Of a DNA stretch of 64,000 nt, positions 25,368 through 37,992 are shown one piece after another. The notes under the pieces are model-generated. The model was given only the letters and a program-made list of their open reading frames with translations. It was not told the DNA's origin and ran no database searches. Position 1 is the stretch's first letter; each line of letters opens with the position of its first letter. This DNA comes from Camelus dromedarius. Its lineage: Eukaryota. The stretch covers positions 42,100,001 to 42,164,000 of the forward strand of contig NC_087436.1 in the NCBI RefSeq assembly GCF_036321535.1, written 5' to 3'. The translations under genes were made by a program, and so were the position numbers.

Positions 25368-25572
25368 AGCAAGGGTGGGCAAATTGTTCTATAAACGACC
25401 AGAGTAAATATTTTCTATTTTGCAGGTCATACAACCATTAAGGTCTAACACTGTATTGAGAAGGTAGCCATATGTACACAAATGATCCGTGGTTATTTTC
25501 CAATATAACTTTATTTACCAAAAAAGGTCAGGGGCCAGATTTGGCCTGTAGTCATAATTTGGCTAACCCCAA
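25368..25572. mobile_element. MER58-like hAT-Charlie MITE
   Basis: Termini caagggtgggcaaa... and ...tttggctaacccc; internal gggccagatttggcc. Confidence 0.75.
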
Positions 25573-27567
25573 TCTACATATACCTCCTTAAAGCCACCAG
25601 TGAGTGATGTACTGAGCATGTATCTAATAGTCCATGTAGTCCTCATGTCTCAGCTTAAACTGCGCTGCTTCCCTGGGCTCAGAGTCAGAGGCCCTCTGCT
25701 CCGTGTTTCCATTGCACCTGGGCCTGCCCTGCTACAAAATTCACCAAAACACCACATTGTTTTGTAACTTTTAATTGGCTTTGTTTTTAGTGGACTGTAA
25801 TCCTTGAGAGAACAATGACTTTGTCATGCAGCTGCCCAGCATATAGTAATTATACAATAAATACTTTCAGTAACTTTTTTCATCTTCTTCCCTAATGAAT
25901 CTAAATTGGAAATATTTTACTAGTTTACTTTTGGAAGGAAAAGGCAGGGGACTGTAAAATGGGTAATGTTTGCTGGTGCCTTCATCAGAACTGGAATATA
26001 TCATCCTCAAAGGTGTTCCTATGAAGGGGCACATTTAATGTCTGCAGTCTTAGCACTAGGAAATTATGGAACTGATTGCAGTGATTCCTCGCACGTAACA
26101 TGAGGGTTAAGAGCCAGATTCCCGGAGCCAGACTCCTTGGGTCACAAATCCCAGTTTCACTCCTTCCTCTGTGTTGTCATTCGAGTGATTTGGCTTTTCT
26201 GTTGGCTCAGTTTTCCTGCCTATAAATGGTGGCTAATACTTGTATCTTCCTCATAGAAAGTTATTGGATATAAAGCCCTTACAGAAACACCTAGCTGTCC
26301 TAAGCACTCGATAAACATGAGCCGATCTTTTCACCGTTGTGCTTGAGATCATCCCTTACTCTCCTCCAGGACTGTGCGGAACCTACCTGGTCAACGCTTT
26401 GTCCTGACCACCCGAATGGAAATGCCCTCTGCACAAAGAACACCTAATCAGAGTGACCTTTGTGTGTTCCCTGTAAAAACAGGGCCCCCAGTCATATCAT
26501 AGTCTCCTTGTTCTACATTGTTTTTCTACAGAACACATATTGCAATTTGACATATTACGTGATACATACCATTCACTGTCTGTGCTCCACACACAGAATG
26601 GAGTATCAGCAGCCTGAGAGCAGAAAGATTATTGGTCTTCTGATTGCTCGATCCAGGACATCTTCACTAATGCTGAATGCATTGTAGATGCTCAATAAAT
26701 GTTTTTGAAGGAATTTGTCATATTTATTCAGATTTTATGTGTATTTGCAAATATCTCTGACAAGTTTATTTCTGTGATATTCTGTGGCTCCAAGTAATGT
26801 TGCATTTCTAGAAATGCCAACCCCCACCTCCCCAAGTGGAGTCTAAGTGCATTCCAGGGAATATGGGGCACACCAAGTCTAAACACGGTGGTTTTCAGAC
26901 AGTGTGTGATTCATGAGGCTACTCTAAATACAGGTGTGAGGACAAAGTTATAAAGTGGATTACAGTCTAGAAAAAGGAGCCAAGGATTAGGACTTGGAAA
27001 GGCAAGAAAAAAAAAATTACAGGTACAAACGCTGAGTGAATCTATTTAACTCTGGCAACACAAGCAGGGTCTTTCTTCTATGAAGCTGTTCTTAATGGGT
27101 GGGCAGGTGTGGTTCTACTGCCCAGCGTCTGAGGTCACCGCCCAGTACCTTCCCAGAAGAAACTCTGCTTTACGAACTTTTGTAATCTCAGTGCTGAGCA
27201 AAGTATTCTACACATAGAAAGCGCCTAATGAGCGTGCAATAAAGCTGAAAATAATAACTTAAAAATTAGGAGATTTACAACCCCAACTTCTTAAAATGCA
27301 TGTGAGATTCTCAGCAGGTGAATACTCTCAGAAATGTGTTTCTTTAGCAGTTGAAGCACTTTGCTTGCATTTTGTTTCCCTGTTGAAGTCCAGACTACTG
27401 CCTGCCAGCTAAGCGAACAGCAGAAATAATCTTTGTGTCACTTTTCTTGGAAAAAGTTGTGAAAGACGTAAGAAATAGATGTCAAAGAGGAAAGAGCAGT
27501 CATGTTTGGGCTCTCCCCCGTGGTGATGACAACATTTCAATACTACGCTGATTTAGTATTTTCATAC

Positions 27568-27804
27568 CTGTCATTTTATTTCTTTCAAAGAACACTCAAT
27601 ATCACCTCTAACTTGACAGGTGTCTTCATGCAAATATTAAAGAAAACTCTGAAATGTCTCTATTGTCTCACTAGCCCAGAGAAGCTTATTGGCAGCTGGG
27701 CATATTGTAACTTACATCTGAGCTACTTTGTCTTTACCACATTTGGAAATATATCCAAACTACTCTCCTTCCTCATCAAAGTTAAATTCCCAATGAATAA
27801 ATAT
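27568..27804 (-). pseudogene. antisense relic exon (IFIHWEFNFDEEGE*FGYISKCGKDKVAQM*VTICPAANKLLWASETIETFQSFL*YLHEDTCQVRGDIECSLKEIK*Q)
   Basis: Acceptor aattttcag|, donor CAG|GTATGA; 237 nt, phase 0->0; four stops but no frameshift. Confidence 0.6.
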
Positions 27805-28156
27805 CTGAAAATTACCATTTTAATGGATTTTATTCACATATGTCACACACATAACAAAACCTATCAAAGGTAAACTTAGCTTTATCCAAAAGACAGTGAC
27901 TGATTTGGGTGGCGGGTGTTCATGTTAAATAATATATTATTTGATGTTTAAATGTCATTGACATAATATTTGATGCTTGGAGTTTAATTTTCTGCAACCT
28001 AAGCCTTTGCATCTCACTTAGGATAAAATAACTAAGATAACTTGGGGTCGGGAGGGGGGCACTTTGCCAGGCACTATTCTTGTTCATTCTTCTAGTCTCA
28101 GCATAATTATGAGTAATGCCACTTGCATTCAGAAAAGCAACTGGATAATTAATTAC

Positions 28157-28242
28157 CTGGTCATCCTAACCATACGACCACTTCATGACGCCAATATTTC
28201 TCCAAACACTTTTGGACTCTTCCGTTGAAATTGTTTTCAAAG
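28157..28242 (-). pseudogene. antisense relic exon (LKTISTEESKSVWRNIGVMKWSYG*DDQ)
   Basis: Donor CAG|GTAATT; 86 nt, phase 1->0; one stop. Confidence 0.5.
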
Positions 28243-30420
28243 CTAATCACCAAAACTGGAGTATTAGAATGTTATTTTATAATCAGATGACTGGGATACT
28301 ATTATACAATTTAATCACTCATTTTCAAAGAATTAAATAAAAATATTTTCATTTGTTTCTGATAATCAAGCACACTTTCGGAAAAAGAAAGAACTGCCAC
28401 TGAGAATTTCAAAAAGTGCATTAGCCACTCAAGGCAAAGACAGCTGTGGTGGCAGGACTGGGAACTGCGGTCCAAGCAGGAGCAGCAGCCGTGGAACAGT
28501 AGCTGCTAGTCACTGGGCCTTTGCTGCTTGCCAGTCCCTGTGCCCAGCACTTTATCCAAGTAAGTGTGTATAGTCTTCATGTCAGCCGTAAGAGCTTATG
28601 TTATTAGCCCTCTTTTATAGGTGAGATACGGGGGCTTGGGCTTAGTAATTTTAGGTAACTTGGTCAGGCCTCATGGCCAGCAAATTGCAGAGCAGAGACT
28701 CAGGCCCGTTTAAGTTGAGTCCGAGATCCACGGCCCTCGGCACTGAGCCCTGCTGCCTCTCCAGGCTCTCCCCCTCAGAAGGGGATTCTCAGCACGTGGA
28801 TGAGGGAATGTCCTGGGAGTGGGGGTGATCCGGCGTGGCTGGAACGGAAGGTGATGGTGGGGAGCCGTGCAAAAGATGGGATGTGGAGCCGCCTTATGGG
28901 GGACCTCAGGAGCCATGTTAAGAAATCTTCACTGTGATGCACACGGTGAGGACTAAACAGAGTTGTTCAAGTAGATCAGATTTGTTTCAGAAACACAAGT
29001 TTGAGAGAAAGAAAGATAAAATTAGAAAGGAGAGAGACCAGACATCGCCGGCGCAGTTAGGAGACCAGTTCTAGAAGTGAGACAAGATCAGGCATAAAAC
29101 CTCTGACTGGGAGTGGGGTCAAAGGGGTTTATTTCAGAGGTGCTCAGGAGACAGGGAAAGCTCCCAGACTGACGGACTGGGGTAAGGAAAGTGAGTAAGA
29201 AGGGAAGGAAGACTGTGAGGTGTGGCTAGAGTTCCTGAACAAAAGGTGCTCTACGGTAGTGGGACATGGGTAAATTGTAGGTCAAGGTTTTGGGGGACAG
29301 TAGGGGTGCACGTGGAGATGAAGAGGTGACTTTAATAATTGTTCAGTCTGTGGTTCCTGGTGTCTATATAGAAACAACAAGGGACGGCCAGGAAAACGGG
29401 GAGCCTTGAGCTACTGCGATAGAAAAGATCATGAGTTAAAATACTCTGAAACTTGAGTACAAATAATTAAGGCATAAAAGAGAATGTGAGCATCAGGCTA
29501 TGGAATTTCATAGCAACATTTACCTGTCAGGATTCCTATCTTGCCTAAGTGAATTCACAATGCCTCTTTGCCATTCTTCTTACAAGTAGAAAAACGGTCT
29601 CTTTTCCATGGTATAAAGAATAGAGACTATTACTTAAAACCTAGATAGTTGGTACATTGACACTTTTAAGCCAGGAATAGTGTGCTTTTGTGTTCAATGT
29701 AAGTATTACTGTTATTCTTGTCCGATCAGTTTTTAAAGCCATTTTTGCATTTCAAAATAGTAATAATAAAAGCCTTGTGGCTCCACCATTGCTGTCTGTT
29801 CTCCTTAACAATAGAGCATCATGGTGTCGTTTGCCCAGAGCAACAAGGTGCAGGGAAGCAACAAACATAAAATAACAAAGGGTGATCCACTCTTTCCAAT
29901 TGTTTGGTAATCTTTTAAAATGAAAATGGGGAGAGACAAAGTAAAGACCTTTTATTCATGAGCACCAGATGGCTTTAATACTAAGCCCTACACCCATTTT
30001 CTCTTCAATGCTGCTCATATATACTCTGCAGTTTCAACAAGGCAATAGTATACACTGGGAAATTGTAATTCTACATGCATTTTTATTGTTTTATTGTAAT
30101 AAGTATATGACTCAGCTAATCTCTCTCCTGAAGCTTATTTTTGCTTAAAATAGTGACATTTCAAAATACCATGTGAAATTTAATATTTATATTTTGTAAG
30201 AAGTTAATCATAGGTACAAAGGAGACAGGCACCTTGGTGTAAACAGTGCCAGGTGTCTGTTCGCTTGTTTATCTTCACACATACATGGAAAATCTGAGGC
30301 TGTCACTTAAAAGTACTCTAGAAGAGAGCACTTAATAAGAGCTTTACTCCATGCATTAGGAGAGTGTGTATAGAAAAAGATGAGACCAGTGAAATAAGAG
30401 GCCCTGATTGTTGAGCTCAC

Positions 30421-30591
30421 GGCATTTTGGTCCATCTTGTTCACCTTTTGGTGATCAGTCCTTATCATATTATCCAGAAATATAAACTGAATTAACCTGG
30501 AGACAACATTTTCTCTGAGGCATTTTCTCTCCAAAGCAAATGAGCTCTTTCTTCTAAATCCATGGCCTTTTCACTGTATTCATACAGTGTG
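30421..30591 (-). pseudogene. antisense relic exon (HCMNTVKRPWI*KKELICFGEKMPQRKCCLQVNSVYISG*YDKD*SPKGEQDGPKC)
   Basis: Acceptor ttttatttttactatag|, donor GCC|GTGAGC; 171 nt, phase 1->1; three in-frame stops; 126-nt intron to the previous exon. Confidence 0.6.
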
Positions 30592-30717
30592 CTATAGTAA
30601 AAATAAAACTTTTTGAGAATCCAATCAGTGTAAGGTTGAATATCTGATTCATATTCTTGATATGCAGGGTTTTTTTTTTTAACTATTAAGGTAAGATTCA
30701 AAGGAGAAGACTCTCAC

Positions 30718-30856
30718 ATGAACCGCTCAAATGTGTGTAGGTTGTTTTCCTTTGTTTATATTGGATCCGAAATCAAATATAATTATCTTTCTCCCAAATG
30801 GCTTTCTTTTGAAATTCATCTGATGAAATAAAAGTTTCTATTCGGTCATAAAAGAC
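30718..30856 (-). pseudogene. antisense relic exon with the first premature stop (VFYDRIETFISSDEFQKKAIWEKDNYI*FRIQYKQRKTTYTHLSGS)
   Basis: Acceptor ccacttttttcaag|, donor CAT|GTGAGA; 139 nt, phase 0->1; in-frame TGA at about 30773-30775. Confidence 0.6.
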
Positions 30857-31569
30857 CTTGAAAAAAGTGGTGAGAAACCTCAGCAAAAGGCCAAACGGAC
30901 AGCATTTGAACAGCCCAGATGCAGCACAGGCCTGAGGAGGCCTGAAACGTTACTCGGATGGAGTGGAGACAGAGCACTCAGATCAGCCGGTTTGTGAATA
31001 ATTTATCGTTTAGTGTAGGAATAATTAAAATCCCTTCTTAACCTGAGATGAGTGGGAAGAAAAATCTCCATTATAGCATCCTCTGTTCCCTTCCATCAGG
31101 GTCATGGCATTATTAGGATTTCCATATACTAAAACTGACACAGACAGATCATCTGTTCTGTTTGTTCCAAAGCTGAACCTATTTTAATGAGGTTTCCAAT
31201 TAAACTCTATTATTTTACTTTGATACATATTCAGTGTATATTCGATACTCATAAAACATTTCAGTATCTTTGACCACATAAGATGACACATACATCTCAA
31301 TACAGACAAATGTTTTTGTTCACTCTGAAACCATATATCTACCCTGTGTGAGGCGTGGCAGAACCAGAGAGACATAAAGCAAACACCTGCCCTCAGTGAC
31401 TTCAGTGTCAAGAAAGAAAGGCTGATGTGCAAATTAATCGTTATAATTGAATAATGTAAAGACAATAATGGAGATATATGAAACTCTCAAGTATCCTGGA
31501 GAAGAGAATAGATAACTGCTCATAGAATTAAGAAAAATTTAGAAAGTAGTTGAGATTTGAGACAGTATT

Positions 31570-31770
31570 TAATTTTGTTTTTTATTGAAGTGTAGTTGAT
31601 TTACAGTGTTAGTTGCAGGTGTACAGCAAAACGATTCAGTTATACATATATATACACCTATTTTTTCTCAGATTATTTTCCATTATGTTATATGTTATTA
31701 CAAGAAACTGAATATAGTTCCTTGTGGCATACAGTAGGTCCTTGTTTTTTATCTATTTTATGTATCTGAT
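31570..31770 (-). mobile_element. L1 3' UTR fragment between two copies of a 110-bp duplication
   Basis: ttttattgaagtgtagttgatttaca... L1 terminus. Confidence 0.85.
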
Positions 31771-32019
31771 GAGCAACTTTATTATAATTAAATAATGTAA
31801 AGACAATAATAGAGATACATAAAATTCTCGATTATCCTGGAGAAGAGAATAGAAGACTGCTCATGGAATTAAGAAAAATTTAGAAAGTAGTGGAACCTGA
31901 TGAAAGTTTTGAAGGCTGAATAAGAACTTTCAGGTGGAAAAAGTCAGAGAAGGACATCTCAAACTGACTAAGTAACATGCAAGCAAAGGAAATATAAAGG
32001 AATATGGCCTCTTTATTAC

Positions 32020-34500
32020 TTAGTGTAAATGCTAAGTGCTATTAGAAAAAGACTTGAGATGTATACAAGTAAAACAAAAGCTTACATCTCACTCATGTAA
32101 AGTGGATGCACCCGGTTGACATGTGGCTTTTCTCCACGCACTAATTCAGAAATCCAGTCTCCTTCCTTCACCTTCAGAGACTCTGCAGTCTCCTAAGGCA
32201 TGATTACTTTTTGCATCCACCCAACAGACAGGGACCTTGGAGGGTCATGACTGCTGGCCCAGAAATGGCACACTGTACATGTATTTATATTCCATTTGCT
32301 GCAACTCAGTCAGTCATATGGCCACGATTAACTCCCAGGGAAGCTAAGAACTCTACTCCAGCTTTGTCTTCTGGGATTCAAGTGTACTTGGCAAGGGAGG
32401 CTAACTTCTATGGGAAAAAAAAAACAAAACCTCAGTGTCTTATCATAATAAATGTTTGCTTCTTGCTTGTGCCATCATATAATAAGGGTTATCAAGGAGG
32501 TACTGCTGCATGCAGTCACTCAAGCCACATCCTGGGACCTTAAGGCTCTGCCTGATCCTCAGCAGGGACCAGAAGACAAAGGCAGAGAGAGTTATGTGAG
32601 GAGCCAGCCTGAAAGTGGGGGACAGCACCTTCACCCATGATCCCATGAGCAGAAAGTAGTCACATGACCCCACCTATGAAAAGGCTGAGAAGTAATGTCT
32701 AGCCACTGGCCAAATAAAATAGATATCTATGAACAACTAGCCAGTCTTTGACACCCCTGTGTTTTGAATATACCTTTGCTCTTCACACACAGAATACCCT
32801 TGCCACCTTCCCAAAAAGAGACAGGCAAAGTCTCATTCAGTCACTGCTTCTACTTCAAAGTCTAGACCCTCCAGGAGATGTGCAGTCCTCAAGTGCAAAT
32901 GTTATTTCTGGTGATTCTACATGTACTAAGAAAACAAATTTATTTATATATTTAATTATATATTTTATATATAATAATTTATATATGTAATTGTAGTTAT
33001 CCTGCAATATCCTGCAGTTATCCTGGATAACTTCAGTGAATATGCCCATTTAAAGAAGGTAAGAATGAGAGGAACAGTCATTTGAGAGCAATGATTCTGA
33101 AATCCTGTTGGGTCAACCTGGGAGGATATAGGTTTTTGTCCCAACACTTGGTAGACATGCCCAAATTAGACCCTGTTTCTGCTTTCTGGGAGGAACTCTT
33201 TATTGATCATTCTTCTTTTTGGCCCCTGACTCAAACTCTTAGAAGGTTCATCCTTTTCCATCACCCACACTGGGAAGAATGCCATCCTCTGGGGGCGCCC
33301 CGCTTTCACAGCTCCTTTCCCCTTGGAGTAAGCTGGTGGTCTGAAATTTGTTTAATAGCGTGAACATTCAAAGGCTTTTTCTTTTTTTTAATTGACACTG
33401 TTTCATTGACAAGTCACTCGGAAGTGTAGTAGTAGGCTTCTGATTTACTTGACTTTCACGTGCCAGTAGCTACGCTCGAAGTGCTGTCCTTGACTTCGTG
33501 CTTGTTTCTGTGCTTGCTCACCCCCAGCCCCCATCTCTCCACTCAGCGGGCTCCGTTGACTTGACATCCAGTGGAACAACAGGCTAAATGGGAGGACGCC
33601 TTTAATGTGATTTGTCCACAGGGCTGAGTAACCCACTTCACTTGAAAAGTCTCACTGGGTTTTTAGGGCGCAAAGCCTCCTTTATGCCTCTCACCATTTG
33701 GAGCTCAGAAACAATCAGCTTTCCCACCTTAGAAAGGCCTCCAAAAGTCTCCTGTTCCTTTCTTTTTTTTTTTTTTTTTTTTTTGTTAAAAAATAGGCCA
33801 ACTATTTTCTAACCCCTTCTCTTTCCTGCAATACTCTGCCAGACTCACCGAATAGTAACCGATACTCATGAATGATGTTCTGTTTTCCAACCACTTTTCA
33901 TAGAGACAATATTGGCAGGCTTGAGGTCTGCCTTTCTAGCTATTTATTAAAAGTTACATTTTTACAGAATAGTTGATCACGATAAAGAATGGATCTCAAT
34001 GTCATCCTGTTACATCGGCTCCTTTGTAGACCATTGTTCAGCCTCTGAACCTCTGACACACACTTTAGGTTTTATTACAGCAGCAAGCCCCCCACCATTT
34101 TTGTGTTAGTCTAGTAGGCTAAAAGTTACTAGAATCAACAATAAAATATCAATGAATTATCACCACCAGAAAAGCTTCATTCTTGTTTACATCACAATCC
34201 ATTGTAGGCTGAGAGGGGACATGGCTCCTGTAATCATTCTCGGATCTAAACTCCTGTACCCTGTAAGCTCAGCACCTTCCATTGCACTGTCCACAACTGG
34301 CCTGCGGACAACGAGAAAGGGAGCATGGAGGATTACATAAAGCTTTAAGGACCAAGCCTGGAAATGGTACATATCACGTCTATGTAAATTCTGCTACCCA
34401 GTACTCAGAAACATCGCCCCATTTTATGGCAGAAGACTGAAGCATATAAAGAGTATAAGGAGTGAGACAACACAGTGATTACAGCTGGGAAGGTGAGCTA
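32020..34500. mobile_element. cluster of old MaLR (MLT1-like) LTR and internal sequence
   Basis: LTR-like motifs near 32020-32400, 32430-32730 and 34100-34450 with internal-like sequence between; recognised by eye only. Confidence 0.5.
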
Positions 34501-35814
34501 CAACACAAAAGAAAATGAATTTTTGGCAAGCGAATGTCAGTTTCTAACCGAGCCCATTTCTAGGATGCTGTACTATGTAGAAATTGAGCCAAGTGGTTTA
34601 GTGCCAATGCAGCTACTAGGACTTAAGCCCATCAGCTGTGACTAAGGGTGAGAGGGGAAGAGTTATAAAATAGCAAGATCATTCAACTTTTTTGTGCCAT
34701 GGTAGAGACTTGTTTTCCATTCTATAGTCAGGGAGATTCTATCTGAGATGTTTTATTTTTACAGTATAATAACACAATCAAATTTGCATTATAGAAAGAT
34801 TAGAAAGGTAAGAGGAAGAAGAAAACTAACATTAATTGGACGTCATTTAACACCATAAATTAGGTAGGTGTTCTTTCATTTAATTTTAGCAGTAACCTTA
34901 TAAAGAAGGCAATTTTATTGTGTCCCATTTTGACAAGTGAGGAAAGTTTAAAATCAGAAAGCTTTAATTATCTTTTCTCTTGTCCAACAGTAAGTCTCAA
35001 AGCAGTATGCAAACTGAGAAATATCTGACTTAAGAATCCATATCCTTTTCATTAGCTAAGCTGGTTAATTGGAAGCGAGACTAGAGATATAAAGGCATTT
35101 TTGAAAATTCTTTTAATATCTCATGCCGAGTAATGAAAGGGCATATACTAGGTCAGCAGTTGTGGGGACCCATTTGGGTCCCTGAGAGTGTAACAGACAG
35201 GACCTGGGCCTCCATCAAATGTGAGAGGTAGGGGAGAGGGAGGAAGCAGGGCTGTCTCCAGCCTCCAGCTTGGGAGGAACGAAAGATGTTATAGGAGGAG
35301 AAGCAGGTTTAGAGGGAAAATAGTGAGTTCAGTTTGGGCTATTCTGAGCTTGAGATGCCTGTGTTCATCATATTGAGATGCACATTAGACAGTAGAACAT
35401 GAAAACTTAAAAATAAGAAAGAAATCAAAGCTGAAATCTTACCATTATGCTGTGGACATGCATTAGTAAATTCCCCTATATCCTCAATTTTCCTTCTCTA
35501 AATTTTCTTTCACTTTCTTGCCCTAATGAAAACACAGTTCTCCTCTATGAACCTTGCTTTCCTCGAAATGTCTAACATTGAGCTTGATTTCCCTCTTACA
35601 GCCCTTATACTCCCGGACCTACAAGTGAAGTAGGGGTCCTTTTTTCTCATGGTGGGTTCCAAGTCATTTTCCCTCCCTCTTCTGTATAAAGAAAAAAAAA
35701 AAAGCTTTAAATTACATATCTTCATAATACTCTGCCACTAGCTCTGCTCATTTCTGTCATCTACTATTCTCAAGTGTCATAGTCAGCACATGCTGCATAA
35801 CACTGCACCCCCAA

Positions 35815-36740
35815 TGTCATCAAGGAAATGCAAGTTAAAATAATGAGATACCACTACATATTTACTGGAATGGCCAAAATCTGGAACACAGACAACACCA
35901 AACACTTGCAAGGATGTAGAGCAGGAGAAACTCTGATGTATTGCTGCTGGGAATGCAAAATGGTAGAGCTACTTTGGAAGACAGTTTTGTGGTTTCTTAT
36001 AAAACTAAACATACTCTTACCATATGATCCAGCAGTTACACTCCTTGGCATTTACCCAAAGGAGTTGAAAATGTATGTCCATATAAAAATCTGCACATGG
36101 ATGTTTATGGCAGCTTAATTCATAATTACCAAAACTTGGAAGTACCCAAGATGTCCTTTAGTATATGAATGGATAAATAAACTGTAGTACATCCAGATGG
36201 TGGAATATTATTCACTGCTAAAAAGAAATGAACTATCAAGCCAGGAAAAGACAAAGAGGAACTGTAAGTTCATATTACCCAGTGAAAGAAATCTGAAAAG
36301 GCAACATACAGTATGATTTCAACTATATGACATTCTGGAAAAGGTAAAACTATAAAATCAGTAAAAAGATTAGTGGTTGCCAGGAGTTATGGGGAGGGAT
36401 GAATAGGTGAAGCACAGAGAATTTTTAGGGCAGTGAAATTACTCTATGTGATGCTACAGTGGTGGATACATGTTGTTATATATTTTTCCAAACCCATACA
36501 ATGTACAAAATTCAGCCCTAATACTAACTATGGACTTTAGGCAACAATGATGTGTCAATGTAGAGTCATACTTGTTGCAAGAAATAAAAGAGTCGTTCTG
36601 CTGAGGAATGCCAATGATGGGGGAGGCTCGACATGTGTTGGAATGGGGGGGGGTTCAATGGGAAATTTTTGTGCTTGTCTCTCAATCTTGTTGTAAACCT
36701 AAAACTGCTCTGCTCTTAAAAAAATAAAGTCTTTAAAATA
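35815..36740 (+). mobile_element. older L1 (L1M-type) ORF2 end plus 3' UTR
   Basis: ORF 35828..36118 MQVKIMRYH...LPYDPAVTLLGIYPKELK is the ORF2 C-terminus. Confidence 0.9.
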
Positions 36741-37819
36741 TACATATAATCATCCCTTTCCTCTAGTAAATGGAGCCCCACATCAAGGCACCTGGCTTAA
36801 TAAAAGCCTTCCCCAGCTACCCTGCTTATAATTGTGATTTCTCACCCTACTCCCACCTAACCAGAACACTCCTTCTTCCTTCTTGAGTTTGTTTTTCTCC
36901 ATCGTATAGTCTACGTCTCACTGGTTTACTTTGGTTCCTTTCTCTCTCCCACTCTAGAATGCCGGCTCCGTGAGGATGGACATGCTTGTCTGTCTTGTTT
37001 CCTATTGGCTCCCTGGTGCCAATGAAAGGACCTGACACACAATAGGTGCTCCATTATTCCTAGAATTAATTATATTTTTGAATAAGGAAACCTAACGTAC
37101 TTGAAACATAACGAATGTGATCACTCAGAAAGAATGTTTCGAATGAGAAAACATGGAGCAGAGGAGACAAGGAAGGACACTTAGAAGTAATGGTTAAAAT
37201 ATCTGACTTGATTCCAGCCCCCCAAACTCATAAAAAAGCCACTGCTTCCTGTGAGAGCATAAATCATACCAGTGATTCCTGCAGTTGTCAAATTATTCCT
37301 ACAAATTATTATACAAGGACTATGTGAGTATGAGTGTGTGTTTGGTGGGGGACTTTGGAGCGAGAAGGGATGACTAAAAAATTTAGCTTTATCTTCAAAG
37401 ATCAGAAGTCTCTGGGAATTCACTGGCAGCTAGCCTGGGAAACCTCAGGCTAAAGTAAATTTAAAAAACAATGTTCAGTTTTATTCTTGTTTATCTTTTC
37501 TCTGATTGCTGTGAGTCTCTCATAAAAGCACAAAAGCACAAGTGGTGGAAATATATGTCAACAGCTCAAAATCAAAGCAGCCAGCATTCATATTTGAAAA
37601 ACAAAAAATAACCCTTTGCCATATCATTTTCTGCTAAATCTACATTTTAAACTCTGTTGACTCCACTAAAATTTCATTTCTTTGCATCAGTGTACCTTCC
37701 TGGTGCTGAGTTCTTTCAGTTTGATTATAATTCACTCAATTACATAGAAAATATTAGAAAGTAACTTTAAAAAAAATTACTTCTTTGCTTTCTGGGCGCC
37801 TCTATTTTTCACCTCATAG

Positions 37820-37992
37820 GACGTCCCCGGCTATTTGAATGCGTTCACAAACTGGGTATGTCCACTACACTGGAACTTCAGGAGATGAAAGGCAAACTCA
37901 CCCAGCTGCACCATTACATGCATAATTTGTCAGACCAGTTACTCTCTATGGAAACAGCTGTGAATTCTCTGTTCCATATTGTCAGTTCTCAG
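37820..37992 (+). CDS. EFCAB14-like gene, exon 5 (coiled coil ...MSTTLELQEMKGKLTQLHHYMHNLSDQLLSMETAVNSLFHIVSSQ); 5' frame ambiguous
   Basis: Acceptor tatttttcacctcatag| and donor CAG|GTTTGT; 173 nt. Open only when entered in phase 1, while exon 4 ends in phase 0 (see finding). Heptad-like peptide with NLS sequon. Confidence 0.75.

Noticed and set aside
27502..27873. 123-aa plus ORF
   Set aside because: Most likely the antisense shadow of the relic exon 27568-27804; no phase-compatible splice sites.
29524..29578. Minus-strand exon candidate (EWQRGIVNSLRQDRNPD)
   Set aside because: Its phase 1->2 breaks the otherwise consistent antisense chain.
37218..37323. Plus-strand exon candidate with GTGAGT donor
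   Set aside because: The open frame is phase 1->2 and does not join neighbouring exons without stops.
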